From contig CAZMCB010000003.1 in assembly GCA_964564895.1 (NCBI GenBank), positions 6,800-64,904 on the forward strand: a DNA stretch of 58,105 nt, written 5' to 3'. A program made the position numbers and the translations under genes. Under the pieces are notes generated by a model. It had not been told where the DNA came from. It made no database searches and saw only the letters and a list, made by a program, of their open reading frames with translations. The stretch comes from an uncultured Pseudomonadales bacterium. GTDB lineage: Bacteria > Patescibacteriota > Microgenomatia > UBA1400 > MFAQ01. This document shows positions 25,577 to 35,825 of this stretch, in pieces. The stretch's first letter is position 1, and every line of letters starts with the position of its first letter.

Positions 25577-28240
25577 ATGCTTCACGTTCTTTCTTCGTTT
25601 ATACTAAAAGTAATGCCCAATAAAGAGGTAGAACTGTCCATAAGTAGCAACAACTCTGAATTAGAGTCGTTTCTGTTGGAAGATAGTCATTTACCAGAAA
25701 TTAAGTTTGTAAAGGAAAACAAACAATGTGGTTACAGAATATTTTTAATAGACCTTTCACAAGATCTCTCAAATATCAGCCAGAGCCTGATTAATCAGTA
25801 CGGAATATGTCGTGAAAAAGAAGCAAAATTTTTAGCAATCATTCTTCACGGTGAAGCTATTGACACAGAAAAAAATCACTATTTTCAAAAGATGCTTGAT
25901 GACTTGGGGAAAGACAGCCCTCTACACCGTCTAATATTTACAAAAGATCTCTACCAAAAAACATCAAGCTCCCCCATCACCCCATTAGATAAATACATTT
26001 ACGAATCGATTAACACAAGCAATATAAATATCTCAGAAAAAGGTGAAAATTTAGTATTTCCTCTTAGTATTTCCGACTTCGTCAGAGCCATAACAAAAAC
26101 ATTGTTTTTGACAAATACCGCCGGTCAAAGTTTTTGGATATTAGGAGATCCAATTAAAGATCTCGAATTTGCCTATTTAATTAAGAAAAATATCAACAAT
26201 CCTGAGGGTGGTGAGTCAGACATAAACACCTCAAAAAAGAACGATCCAAAAACAAACTCTCTTTTGGGAATCGGGAACAAAACAAGAGGCGAATTAAACT
26301 GGAATCCTGAAAACGAAATATACGAAGACTTAAAGCAAATCATAGGACAATATTCAAATGGCGAAAACAAAATAGAAATAAAACCAGCAAAATTAAACAT
26401 AATTCACAGACTAATTCTTTGGGCTTACAAGCCAAGAAAGAAAAGAGAAAAATCCCTCCCTTCGATAAAAAAAATTGCAATTAAATTGATTGCCTTGCTA
26501 CTGATTGTCATTTCTGCAACGGGAATTGTTTGTGTTGCCTCGACAGGAATGGCTCTAAAGCAACTAGAAGTGTCGCTTAATCAGACACTAAATGGCAATA
26601 TAGAAAAATCAGTAAATAGTCTTCAGTCATCCATAAAACTCAAAAGAATAGGGGAATATGCTTTTTCGACGATTACACCTCTAGCAAACATAATTTCTCC
26701 AAAAGACACGGTAAAAATTGCTAATACCTACTCATTTATTGACTATAGTTCAACTAGCCTAGGAAATCTTCATCAGACCTATGTACTGGCGGAAAGACTA
26801 CTACTTTCTCTAAATCCTTCAGAGCCAACTATAAACTATAGCGATTTAAGCCTAGCTCTTCACTCAAATCTAAGTCAGATTTATGAAAATCTTAATCAAA
26901 TAATTATCTTAAGCAACAACAAGCTACCATCCTTCCTAGATAAAAAAATTAAAGAAAATAAAGAATTCCAAAATCTCAAGTTACTTGAAGATCAAATTGT
27001 TCAGTTCATAAAAATATCGGATGTAATTCCTGCGGTTTTCTCAAACGAGAAACCAAAAAATATTCTTGTTCTCTTGCAAAACTCACAAATTAGTAAACCA
27101 AGTGGGGGAGAGCTAGATTATTTTCTTCTTCTAACGCTAAATGAAGGCAAGCTTCTATCAAAAAAATACTTCACCCCTGAGGAAATTAACACACTGTATG
27201 AGGCATCTGTCTCTTCGTCTATCAAAACCAAAAGAAATGTCCCTCCACCACCAACAGTTCAAGATCTAGCAGAAAATCCAAACTTTCCAATTTCAGCAAA
27301 TGATGTATCTCTAAGAATTGAAAAAACAATCAACACAAAACCCGATTTTGTAATAGCCACGAATGATCATCTGATTAAACAACTATTATCAGAAGAAAAA
27401 TCAGCAAGCATTGATCAGTTTTCTGAAGAATTTATTGCGTCCTCAGGTGCCACGATCTACAAAGAAACTGTGGACGGATTTCTAGATCGACTATTCAAAA
27501 ACAATATTCCGTTACCAGTAATTGGCAGAACTTTAGCAAAAATGATTGGAGAAAACCACATTCTTCTTTGGTCAAGCAGTCAAGAAATTCAAAAAATAAT
27601 TTCCACACAGTCATACTCTGGCATTGTTATTCCACATCAATGCAATGTCAGTATCGGGTCAGGAAACAGTTGTATAGCAGAGACTAGTTACATAAGTGAA
27701 ACAATGGACAATATTTCTCGTAAATCACCATGGGATAATCGTCAAATCACTCATAAAATTGATATTTCTTCAAACATAAGCCACGAGTACCAAATAGATT
27801 ATCAACCCACAGAATTAAAGGCAACTCCGTCTGCCATTCTTACAAAATTTGATCTCTATCAAACAACTCCATCGACGATTGATCAAATATTACTCAACGA
27901 CCTACCTACATCAATGAAGGATATTGTAAAAACCCAAGAAGGTAGGCTCGATCGTTATCAAATAACCCTAGGTCTGAAACCAAATCAAAACAACTCCATA
28001 ATTTTTAAGACAACTACTTTTTCAGTAGATCTATCTACTCAAATCAACGCCTATTCTCTAACAGAGTATCGTCAGCCGGGGATTGTAGACAATGGAATTA
28101 GTTTAATAATCAACTATCCAAAAAACCTTCGACCTTCGATAGTGACATCTTCGTTTGAAGCTCAGCCCGAGCAAATGAGACTTACTCTTCCTCTACACAT
28201 CTCAACATTTGGCTTCACTCTCGAACAAAACACCCAGTAA
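25577..28240 (+). CDS. Membrane-anchored protein: degenerate epimerase-like N-domain + TM + DUF4012-like extracellular domain
   Basis: Single TM (KKIAIKLIALLLIVISATGIVCV); ILVLLQNSQISKPSGGELDYF resembles the DUF4012 LxxxQNxxExRxxGG motif; N-part GENLVFPLSISDFVRAI..GQSFWILG resembles an SDR C-terminal segment. Confidence 0.5.
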   Translation: MLHVLSSFILKVMPNKEVELSISSNNSELESFLLEDSHLPEIKFVKENKQCGYRIFLIDLSQDLSNISQSLINQYGICREKEAKFLAIILHGEAIDTEKNHYFQKMLDDLGKDSPLHRLIFTKDLYQKTSSSPITPLDKYIYESINTSNINISEKGENLVFPLSISDFVRAITKTLFLTNTAGQSFWILGDPIKDLEFAYLIKKNINNPEGGESDINTSKKNDPKTNSLLGIGNKTRGELNWNPENEIYEDLKQIIGQYSNGENKIEIKPAKLNIIHRLILWAYKPRKKREKSLPSIKKIAIKLIALLLIVISATGIVCVASTGMALKQLEVSLNQTLNGNIEKSVNSLQSSIKLKRIGEYAFSTITPLANIISPKDTVKIANTYSFIDYSSTSLGNLHQTYVLAERLLLSLNPSEPTINYSDLSLALHSNLSQIYENLNQIIILSNNKLPSFLDKKIKENKEFQNLKLLEDQIVQFIKISDVIPAVFSNEKPKNILVLLQNSQISKPSGGELDYFLLLTLNEGKLLSKKYFTPEEINTLYEASVSSSIKTKRNVPPPPTVQDLAENPNFPISANDVSLRIEKTINTKPDFVIATNDHLIKQLLSEEKSASIDQFSEEFIASSGATIYKETVDGFLDRLFKNNIPLPVIGRTLAKMIGENHILLWSSSQEIQKIISTQSYSGIVIPHQCNVSIGSGNSCIAETSYISETMDNISRKSPWDNRQITHKIDISSNISHEYQIDYQPTELKATPSAILTKFDLYQTTPSTIDQILLNDLPTSMKDIVKTQEGRLDRYQITLGLKPNQNNSIIFKTTTFSVDLSTQINAYSLTEYRQPGIVDNGISLIINYPKNLRPSIVTSSFEAQPEQMRLTLPLHISTFGFTLEQNTQ

Positions 28241-28242
28241 AC

Positions 28243-28271
28243 TTGAGAAGCGGAGCCTAATCGGTTACAAT
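28243..28271 (+). promoter_or_regulatory. sigma70 promoter of rplY
   Basis: TTGAGA-17 nt-TACAAT, 7 nt before ATG (leaderless geometry). Confidence 0.8.
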
Positions 28272-28278
28272 ACACCTC

Positions 28279-28968
28279 ATGCAAAAGTTTATATTGAAAG
28301 CTGATAAAAGAACCGTTTTAGGAAGTAAAGTTAAACAACTCCGTCGAACCGGTGTAGTTCCTGCCAACCTATTTGGTAAAACTATCGACAGTCAAGCCAT
28401 TCAGGTAAATGCAGTCGAATTCAACCGTGTCTACAAAGAGGCTGGTGAAACTAGCCTTATCTGGGTTTCTGTCGAAGGAGAAGACAAAGAGAGACCAACA
28501 CTCGTTACTTCTGTTCATTTTAATCCGGTCACAGGAGACAAACTCCATGTAGATTTCCATCAGGTTAATTTGAAAGAAAAAGTTACAGCCAATGTTCCTG
28601 TTGAAATTATTGGACAATCCGAGATTGTTGAAGCAAACGAAGCCGTTCTTTCTCAATCTCTCAACGAAATTGAAATTGAGGCACTACCTACCGAGATTCC
28701 AGAAAGTATTACTTTCGATATCTCCTCACTTAAAGCTATCGGTGACCACCTTTTGGTTTCCGACGCCAAAGTGTCAGCTGATGTTGAAATCAAAACAGAT
28801 CCAGAACAAATGGTTGTTTCCTTACAAGAACCTATGAAGGAAGAAGTCATTGAAGTTGAGGAAGTCGCCGAAGACGCAACTGGTGCAGAGACTCCTGCCG
28901 AAGGCGCTGAAGGAGAAGTTCCAGCCGAAGGCGAAGCTAAGTCCGAAGAGGCTCCAAAAGAAGAATAA
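28279..28968 (+). CDS. rplY: 50S ribosomal protein L25 / Ctc
   Basis: VKQLRRTGVVPANLFGK, HVDFHQVNLKEKV..VPVEIIG, IEALP..IP, acidic tail. Confidence 0.95.
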   Translation: MQKFILKADKRTVLGSKVKQLRRTGVVPANLFGKTIDSQAIQVNAVEFNRVYKEAGETSLIWVSVEGEDKERPTLVTSVHFNPVTGDKLHVDFHQVNLKEKVTANVPVEIIGQSEIVEANEAVLSQSLNEIEIEALPTEIPESITFDISSLKAIGDHLLVSDAKVSADVEIKTDPEQMVVSLQEPMKEEVIEVEEVAEDATGAETPAEGAEGEVPAEGEAKSEEAPKEE

Positions 28969-28982
28969 GAAATTAGTTAGTC

Positions 28983-29013
28983 AAAAAAAAGACCCGCTTC
29001 TGCGGGTCTTTTT
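28983..29013. terminator. Bidirectional intrinsic terminator (rplY / valS)
   Basis: A8-GACCCGC-TTCT-GCGGGTC-T5. Confidence 0.9.
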
Positions 29014-29023
29014 GTATATTGAT

Positions 29024-31075
29024 CTATTTAGGCCAAGAATAGGATATTAAATATCCCTCGTTTTTAAACATTTCTTGCCACACAGCTTCTGTTACAAAAG
29101 GTACAAAAGGGTGAAGTAGTGCCAGCATTGTTTTATATCCATTTTTCAAAACAGCATCACTAACCAGTTTCTGTTTGTTCATCTCGATGGCCTCATCACA
29201 AAACCAGTGCCAGAACTCGTTGTAAGCCGTCTCAGACGCCAAACCCACCTTCATCTGATCAAGGAGCTTGGTAACTTCTGTAGTGACAGCTGAAAGCTTA
29301 TTCTCAAACTCTTCATCCATTTCACCTTTAAGCACAATTTCTGCTTCCGGTTTTTCTACAATAAATCTTCCGGCATTCCATATCTTATTTCCAAAATTTC
29401 TCATTCCACGAACTTTATTTTCTCCTGTATTACTATCTTGACCTGCTGTTGTGCTCATGACAAGAGCCATACGTAGAGAGTCTGTGCCATACTTGGCGCA
29501 AAGCTCCAATGGATTAATCGCATTTCCCTTGCTCTTGCTCATTTTTTGCCCCTTTTCATCTCTTACCAGCCCATGAAGATAAACAGATTTAAAAGGAGAC
29601 TTTCTTGTTAAATAAATACCCAACAGCATCATTCTCATTACCCAAAAGGGGAGAATATCATAAGCGGTTTCCATCACATCAGTTGGATAATATGCCTCAA
29701 AATCACCAACCAAGTTTGTTTTTAGAGTAACCACAGGCCACTGTCCTGAAGAAAACCATGTATCAAAAGTATCGGTTTCTTGGATATATCCTTCTCCTGG
29801 AGAGGTCTCTGAGACGACAAAATCAGTCTTACTTGAGTCGCGATACCAAACAGGAATCTGAATTCCCCAAACAATCTGACGACTAATATTCCAGTCGCGA
29901 AGGTTCATAAGCCAATGTCGCAAGATTTTATCTCTTCCTGCCCCCAATATTTTGGTTTCTTTCGTATCAAGAGCCGACAATGCTTTCTCAGCTAGAGGCT
30001 TAACTTTGATAAAAAATTGTTTAATTGGAAGAGGCTCGATTGCTCTATTGCAGCGATAACAGACACCCACACTATGAGAATATGGTTTCACCTCAACAAG
30101 ACTACTTCCAAGATCAGTAATTATTTTCTCTCTACACGCGAACACAGATAAGCCAGCATAATCACCTGCCGCTTCAGTCATCTTTCCATTTGTGCCAATA
30201 ACCGAAATTACTTCTAAATTGTGTCGCAACCCAACCTCCCAATCATTTGGGTCATGCGCCGGAGTAATTTTAACTGCACCTGTTCCAAACTCCATGTCTA
30301 CCATTTCGTCACCCACAATTGGAATTTCTCTGTCGATTAATGGAATTCTTACTGTTTTACCTATTAAACTACTAAATCGCTTATCCTTAGGGTTCACAGC
30401 CACTGCAGTATCTCCAAGCATGGTTTCTGGTCTGGTTGTAGCCACTTTGAGCAAACCATAATCAATCGTATAAAGCTTGTCTTCTCGGTCTTCGTGTTCA
30501 ACTTCAAGTTCAGAATACGCAGTCCCGCATTTTGTACAGTAATTAACCAATTTTTCATCTCGATAAATGAGCCCGTCTTCATGGAGCTTCTTAAATGTCT
30601 TAATTACTTCTTTTACGATCAAGGGGTCAAGAGTAAATTTGTATCTACTCCAGTCTGCGCTTGCGCCTAGCTTTTTCATTTGATTCAAAGCAACCCCTGT
30701 ATTTTCTTGAACATAATCCCAAATCATTTTGTACAAAGTCCCACGATCAAAATCAAATCTACTCTTACCTTCCTTAGCCAGTTTTTTTTCGAAAACAAAC
30801 TGAGTTTCTATTCCCGCATGGTCTGTACCGGGAAGCCAAAGAGCAGCCTCGCCCTTCATCCTGTGATAGCGGATAAAGATATCTTCAACTGTTACAAACA
30901 TCGCGTGCCCAATATGCAAAGGATCGTTAGCATTTGGAGGAGGCATGATAATGGTGTATGGCTTCTTTCCGCTTTTCAAAAGTTCTTCTCCTGTTGGAGG
31001 AGTAAACGCACCACTCTCCTCCCAAGTTTTATAGAGTTTATCTTCGTACTGTGTATGATCGTAATTTTTTTGCAT
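29024..31075 (-). CDS. valS: Valine--tRNA ligase (compact, no C-terminal coiled-coil arm)
   Basis: PPPNANDPLHIGHA (HIGH), PGTDHAGIETQ, DWNISRQIVWG, DTFDTWFSSG, KMSKSKGN. Confidence 0.96.
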   Translation of the reverse strand: MQKNYDHTQYEDKLYKTWEESGAFTPPTGEELLKSGKKPYTIIMPPPNANDPLHIGHAMFVTVEDIFIRYHRMKGEAALWLPGTDHAGIETQFVFEKKLAKEGKSRFDFDRGTLYKMIWDYVQENTGVALNQMKKLGASADWSRYKFTLDPLIVKEVIKTFKKLHEDGLIYRDEKLVNYCTKCGTAYSELEVEHEDREDKLYTIDYGLLKVATTRPETMLGDTAVAVNPKDKRFSSLIGKTVRIPLIDREIPIVGDEMVDMEFGTGAVKITPAHDPNDWEVGLRHNLEVISVIGTNGKMTEAAGDYAGLSVFACREKIITDLGSSLVEVKPYSHSVGVCYRCNRAIEPLPIKQFFIKVKPLAEKALSALDTKETKILGAGRDKILRHWLMNLRDWNISRQIVWGIQIPVWYRDSSKTDFVVSETSPGEGYIQETDTFDTWFSSGQWPVVTLKTNLVGDFEAYYPTDVMETAYDILPFWVMRMMLLGIYLTRKSPFKSVYLHGLVRDEKGQKMSKSKGNAINPLELCAKYGTDSLRMALVMSTTAGQDSNTGENKVRGMRNFGNKIWNAGRFIVEKPEAEIVLKGEMDEEFENKLSAVTTEVTKLLDQMKVGLASETAYNEFWHWFCDEAIEMNKQKLVSDAVLKNGYKTMLALLHPFVPFVTEAVWQEMFKNEGYLISYSWPK

Positions 31076-31097
31076 CTACTTTACATTGTATATGTAT

Positions 31098-31161
31098 AAA
31101 AAGCCCTCGTTAATCTCCGGCAAAGGGGACTAACGAGGGCCATCTCAGGCGGTACCACCTC
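31098..31161 (-). ncRNA. T-box riboswitch antiterminator/terminator core upstream of valS
   Basis: Minus strand GAGG-[UGGUACC]-GCC-UGAGAU-GGC-CCUC (31161-31135) overlapping terminator GCCCUCGUUAGUC...GAUUAACGAGGGC-UUUUU (31140-31098). Stem I/specifier not resolved by eye. Confidence 0.85.
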
Positions 31162-31202
31162 GTATTTTACTCATTTATTTTTTTGGGTTCTATTTTCCTT
31201 TC

Positions 31203-31231
31203 GGATTTCTTCCCTTGCTCCCGAAGTGACA
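31203..31231 (-). repeat. Second REP-like unit (GTCAYTTCG...GAAATC class) inside the valS leader
   Basis: TGTCACTTCGGGAGCAAGGGAAGAAATCC; shares GTCAYT start and AATC end with 1773-1810. Confidence 0.35.
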
Positions 31232-31283
31232 AGCCTCGATCAAAGCTCCTCTATTTTATCACCAAGCGATTATCATCTCTGAA

Positions 31284-31592
31284 CTAGACCCCAGTTTGAA
31301 CAATTAAGGCCTGTATTTTTGCTCGAATCTTTGGCAACTCCTCGGCGATATATTTATCGTCTTCTTCCCGAACAATCTCATAAACCATTTCCGACAGCTC
31401 ACCGATTTGATCATCAAGCCGGGGAAGTAGAGCCTTAATTTGTTCGTCGGTAATGTCTTCAGGTAGTCTTTCCAATATCATTTGAGCAATTTCTTTGGCC
31501 CGGTCGCCGCTAATTTCCTTAAGCGCTAATTTCTTTCCAATAGTCGCAACAATCGCTGACTCTAACTGTTCTCTAGTAATGTTTATTTTCAT
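31284..31592 (-). CDS. Small acidic helical hypothetical protein
   Basis: 102-aa ORF, co-oriented with neighbours, 6-nt gap to the upstream gene. Confidence 0.7.
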   Translation of the reverse strand: MKINITREQLESAIVATIGKKLALKEISGDRAKEIAQMILERLPEDITDEQIKALLPRLDDQIGELSEMVYEIVREEDDKYIAEELPKIRAKIQALIVQTGV

Positions 31593-31598
31593 ATCTGA

Positions 31599-32984
31599 TT
31601 ATTTGATTAATTCATTAACTATTTTTAAATAGGCATCTCTTGCCTCAGGATTCTCGGGAGACCTTGCCCCGTGAATTAAACCAAACCCGTATGCATTAAC
31701 TGACAATAATCTTTTATATGTGTCAGTATCCCCGGAATCTCTTGCTGTCTTTAATGCACTATTAAGTTTCGTCAATAGACCGAGATAATCCTGAGAGGAT
31801 ATTTTTTCAGGAATTACAGCTTCTTTTGTGGGGGTCGCTTTTTCAAGCGATACCTCATTTTTCTTTGTAGATAGTTCTACTGGTTGTTCTTTTCCTGAGG
31901 CTATCCCGATTACTTGTCTTTCTGAGAGCTTTTCAATTTGCTCTGAGGGAATTATCCAACCATCCTGGGAGTCCTTTTTCCATCCCATCTTATCTCCAAC
32001 ATAATTTATGTATTCTGTATCGTCATGCGTTTCCTTCGCCAATCGATGAGCTTCCTGTTCAATTTCTTCAGGAATATTGATTCCAAAATTATTACGTTTA
32101 CTGTAATCAGCTTTAGGGTCAAATTCTCCTGAAAGGGGCTGTGAACCAGGTCGACTCATTCTCCCCAAAATGGCGAGTCCCAGCGAAAAATTTCCATTAT
32201 CATCAAACACAGCACCCTCTCTTACCCAGGTAGCTCTTTTCCCTGAAGGCAAAATAGGATCAACCTTTGTTTTCTCCGCAGGAGCTATCTCTTTCTGAAT
32301 AACACCGACCCCTTTACTTTCGAGTGTATTTCGAAGCTGATCAACAGGCACTCCTGATTCCTTGGCAAAGGTTAATAATGTTTGAAATGCATCCTGAGAC
32401 AACTCACCTGATATAACCAGCGGAATTTGTTTATCAATCTCTGATAAATAACCCCGAATTTGGTCGTCATTCAAAGATGAATTCTCTGGCTTGTTGGTTG
32501 TATCTTCAGTAATCTTCACACTCTCATCTTTTTTTTCAAACGACCGAACAGGTGCTTCTGTCTCCGGCATTTCAGCTCGTCGTCTTCTTTTGTCTGCTTC
32601 AATTTCTTCTTCAGTTGTTCCAATATCAAACGGCTTTGTGTTTATGCTACTCTCATAGGCGTTTTCCACCTTTGCTGCGTCTATTCCTCTTTGCTCTGCC
32701 GCTTTTGTTCCGACTTCACCTACTCTTACAGCGGTAGGGGAGGCTAATTTTCCGTCAATTATAGGAGTTTTGTCAAAATCATCGCCAATATTGAAGTTCG
32801 ACGGCTCTGTTCCTGCCAATCGTACTAAGTCAGCCCTGTCTGGAATTCCGGGTGTCTCTTTGTTTAAGGCATTTAAAGCCGCCTCTGTTCCCAGATGATC
32901 GACAGGTTTGGCTTGTTCAACTTGAGGTACTTTAGAAATCTCGGTCGTTTTTTGACCTTCAGAATTGTTTTCGTTTGAATCCAT
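31599..32984 (-). CDS. Acidic low-complexity hypothetical protein
   Basis: 461-aa ORF, no TM; TATAAT 6 nt before ATG. Confidence 0.75.
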   Translation of the reverse strand: MDSNENNSEGQKTTEISKVPQVEQAKPVDHLGTEAALNALNKETPGIPDRADLVRLAGTEPSNFNIGDDFDKTPIIDGKLASPTAVRVGEVGTKAAEQRGIDAAKVENAYESSINTKPFDIGTTEEEIEADKRRRRAEMPETEAPVRSFEKKDESVKITEDTTNKPENSSLNDDQIRGYLSEIDKQIPLVISGELSQDAFQTLLTFAKESGVPVDQLRNTLESKGVGVIQKEIAPAEKTKVDPILPSGKRATWVREGAVFDDNGNFSLGLAILGRMSRPGSQPLSGEFDPKADYSKRNNFGINIPEEIEQEAHRLAKETHDDTEYINYVGDKMGWKKDSQDGWIIPSEQIEKLSERQVIGIASGKEQPVELSTKKNEVSLEKATPTKEAVIPEKISSQDYLGLLTKLNSALKTARDSGDTDTYKRLLSVNAYGFGLIHGARSPENPEARDAYLKIVNELIK

Positions 32985-33002
32985 AAAAATATTATAGCTT
33001 GT

Positions 33003-34034
33003 TTAAACCGTCGTCACGCTTGGATTCGGTTTTAACTCAACCGGTTTTACTTCGTGTGGTGCCAAAATAGCTACCGCACCAACCATCGCTGCATTATCAC
33101 TACAGTATCTTAACTCTGGACAAAAAAACTTAGTTCCTCCAACATTATCCACCGCAGATTTCAACTCTTCTCTAAGTTGTTTATTTGCCGCCACACCACC
33201 AGCCATAAGAACACTTTTTGGTTGATATTTTTCTACCGCCTTCATTGTTTTTTTAATCAAAACTTCAATAATCGCTTCGGAAAACTCCCAAGCTAACATG
33301 TCGCGGACTTCTTCGTTCAAAGTTCCAATCTCCGTTACGGTTTTGGCTATTGCCGCTTTTAGTCCCGAAAAACTCATATCCAGGTTATCCTCGTTTATCA
33401 AAGGCCTCGGTAATTTATATTTTCTCCCAAATTTACTCTTCATTTCTTCGGTTACTCTTTCTGCTGCCTTAGAAATTTCTGGGCCTCCAGGGTAGGGTAG
33501 TTCCAAAAGTCTTGCCGCTTTATCAAATGCCTCACCTACAGCATCGTCTCTGGTTCCACCAATCCACTCCCAGTTTTTTATATCCTTCATCAATACTAAA
33601 TCCGTGTGACCTCCGCTCACTACCAAAGCTACAGCAGGGAACTGTGGCACTTTTGTTTTATCATCTTCCACAATCCAGTTAGCAAAAATATGTGCCGCCA
33701 TATGATTAACGGCATACAAAGGTTTCTTCCATGACCAGGCAAGTGCTTTGGCAGACTCTACTCCAACTAACAAACTGCCCATCAATCCAGGGCCATAACT
33801 GACTGCTATTCCCTGAATATTTTCTTTATCTTCTCCAGCCGCTTCCATTACCACGGGAACAATACTTTTAATTTGTTCCCTGGCTGCCACTTCTGGCACA
33901 ATTCCACCATATTTCTGGTGCATTAGTACCGAGCTAGCCACAATGTTACTCACAATTTTTACTCCCGCTCCACAGTTTTCTACCACAGCTGCTGCCGTTT
34001 CGTCACACGTACTCTCGATGGCTAATATTTTCAT
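33003..34034 (-). CDS. tsaD: tRNA N6-threonylcarbamoyladenosine biosynthesis protein TsaD
   Basis: ILAIESTCDETAAAV, GGIVPEVAARE, VNHMAAH, VSGGHT, TRDDAVGEAFDK, AGGVAAN, SDNAAMVG. Confidence 0.96.
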   Translation of the reverse strand: MKILAIESTCDETAAAVVENCGAGVKIVSNIVASSVLMHQKYGGIVPEVAAREQIKSIVPVVMEAAGEDKENIQGIAVSYGPGLMGSLLVGVESAKALAWSWKKPLYAVNHMAAHIFANWIVEDDKTKVPQFPAVALVVSGGHTDLVLMKDIKNWEWIGGTRDDAVGEAFDKAARLLELPYPGGPEISKAAERVTEEMKSKFGRKYKLPRPLINEDNLDMSFSGLKAAIAKTVTEIGTLNEEVRDMLAWEFSEAIIEVLIKKTMKAVEKYQPKSVLMAGGVAANKQLREELKSAVDNVGGTKFFCPELRYCSDNAAMVGAVAILAPHEVKPVELKPNPSVTTV

Positions 34035-34043
34035 TTTGCTATT

Positions 34044-35759
34044 TTAACTCTTTGTCCCTTTAAGATACACCGCCGCCCATGGCTGATAGTTACTATAAAA
34101 AGTCTTTTCAATAAGCGTTTCAGTTCCCTTCATCACCTTGTAATTGAAAGATACTTTTGCTCCCCAAGCCGACCAATCAATTTGCTTTGTTTGTCCAGCA
34201 GGGAGTGTAGGATCGTCAACATATATTGTTGGAAGGGGGGAAGACTGTCCAGAAATCTTTGGTTCAGATACCACAGACACTCTTCCGTCTTTTGTTCCAT
34301 AAATCTGCACACTCATTTTGTAATTTTTGGTATCTACTTTTGTCTGAATTAATATATGATTTTCAGTGTCATTTAAAAATTTCAAATCCACACTAGGGTT
34401 GTAAACTGTAGCGTCAATTCCAGGCTTACTATCTTGCTCGTAATATCCAACACGATAAGCGTGAGCTTTTCTCTCGGTAATGGGGAAACCAGCATTTAAT
34501 GCAGCTCTAAAAACAGTAGTTGAAACCTGACAAACTCCACCACCATCGCCCAATATTGTTTTCCCTCCACTAATAATATAAGCAGATTGATACCCAGATG
34601 CACGAGAAATATCTCCAACTGACTTGTTAAAAGAAAACTCTTCTCCTGGAGCCACAATAGTACTATTTATTCGACTTGAAGCCAGATTTACATTAAAGAC
34701 TCTTCCGGGGATTGAATGAAAAAATGTCGACTTTCCTTCTCCAATAAGTTCTTTTATACCCAAGTTGTTGATATCACCAGTTTTAATTCTTGGATTTGTG
34801 ATGATCACTGGAATTTCCAGCCCCTCTTCTTCAGCCGACACAATAGTCTGGGCAAGTTTTTCATTAAAACTAGGCACATCAATTATTTTTCCAACTACCT
34901 CTGGTTTAAACTCGAGAACATTGCCTTCTTCGAACTGAAAGACAGCGTCGCGTGGCTCAGTCTCGACCTGTTGCTGTATTCTCGCCATCAATGTTTCAAA
35001 CTGATCAGGATCAATGGTGCTGTTTATTAAGCCAAACAAAGACATTATTTCAGATTTGTCGAGTTTTTCTTCAAAGCCAGACTGTTTCAGTGTTAGACTT
35101 CTCTCACCCCACTTGTTTAATTATTCAATAGCCTGATCTGTAAGTTCCTTATTTTCCTTAGCAGAAACAACCTCTCGAGGTATATCAACAATTTGTTTGT
35201 CTGGTAATGACCAGTGATAAACAATGTCTTTTATGAGTCTGTTTTTTACAATTTCTACACCATCTTTTCCAGAAACAACCTCGACATTATTGTTATTTAT
35301 CACAAGCTTTGGCCACACAGGCTTTTGGTTGAAATCTGAAGCCAATTGATCAACATATCCGAGCAAATCATCTTCGCTATAGCTGATTGGTACAGAGATG
35401 TTTCTTGAGGAAAATAGAATATCTATTTGTTCAGAAAGTTGTGTAAGTAAATTACCATTTCTACCCACAGAGTAAGCTTGCTCAACTGCCCAAACAAAGT
35501 CTCTCTCAACCTTTATTTCACTAAGTTTATCTATTTCCTTATCATTAATTCTCAAAATTACGCTATTTGGGTTTGTTGAATAATACTTTCCGATAAGTTT
35601 TAAAGCAGTTATTTTGTCCATTCCTCCAACATTTATTCCAGAAATTGCAACTTTGGGAAATATTAGATTTCTATATGCTAGCCTAAAACCAGCATATGAG
35701 GCGCAAACCACTAAAAGGATTATTACTAAAACCCACAGAAAGTTCTTTAATCTATTCAT
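34044..35759 (-). pseudogene. VanW-family protein (TM + PG-binding repeats + VanW + G5-like) interrupted by an in-frame TAA
   Basis: ORFs 35121-35759 and 34044-35045 are in the same frame separated by 25 sense codons (AIE*LNKWGERSLTL...EIMSLF); VanW motif GGGVCQVSTTVFRAAL..ERKAHAYRVGYY..PGIDATVY. Confidence 0.75.
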
Positions 35760-35825
35760 TCTTGCTATAATTTAAATCGGTGTCGTGTATCATTGCGACT
35801 CTACTATTTTAGCTTAAATTTATTT

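Noticed and set aside
35121-35123. Stop-codon reassignment explaining the vanW break
   Set aside because: TAA terminates most genes in the window, and TGA and TAG also act as stops; no evidence for an alternative code.
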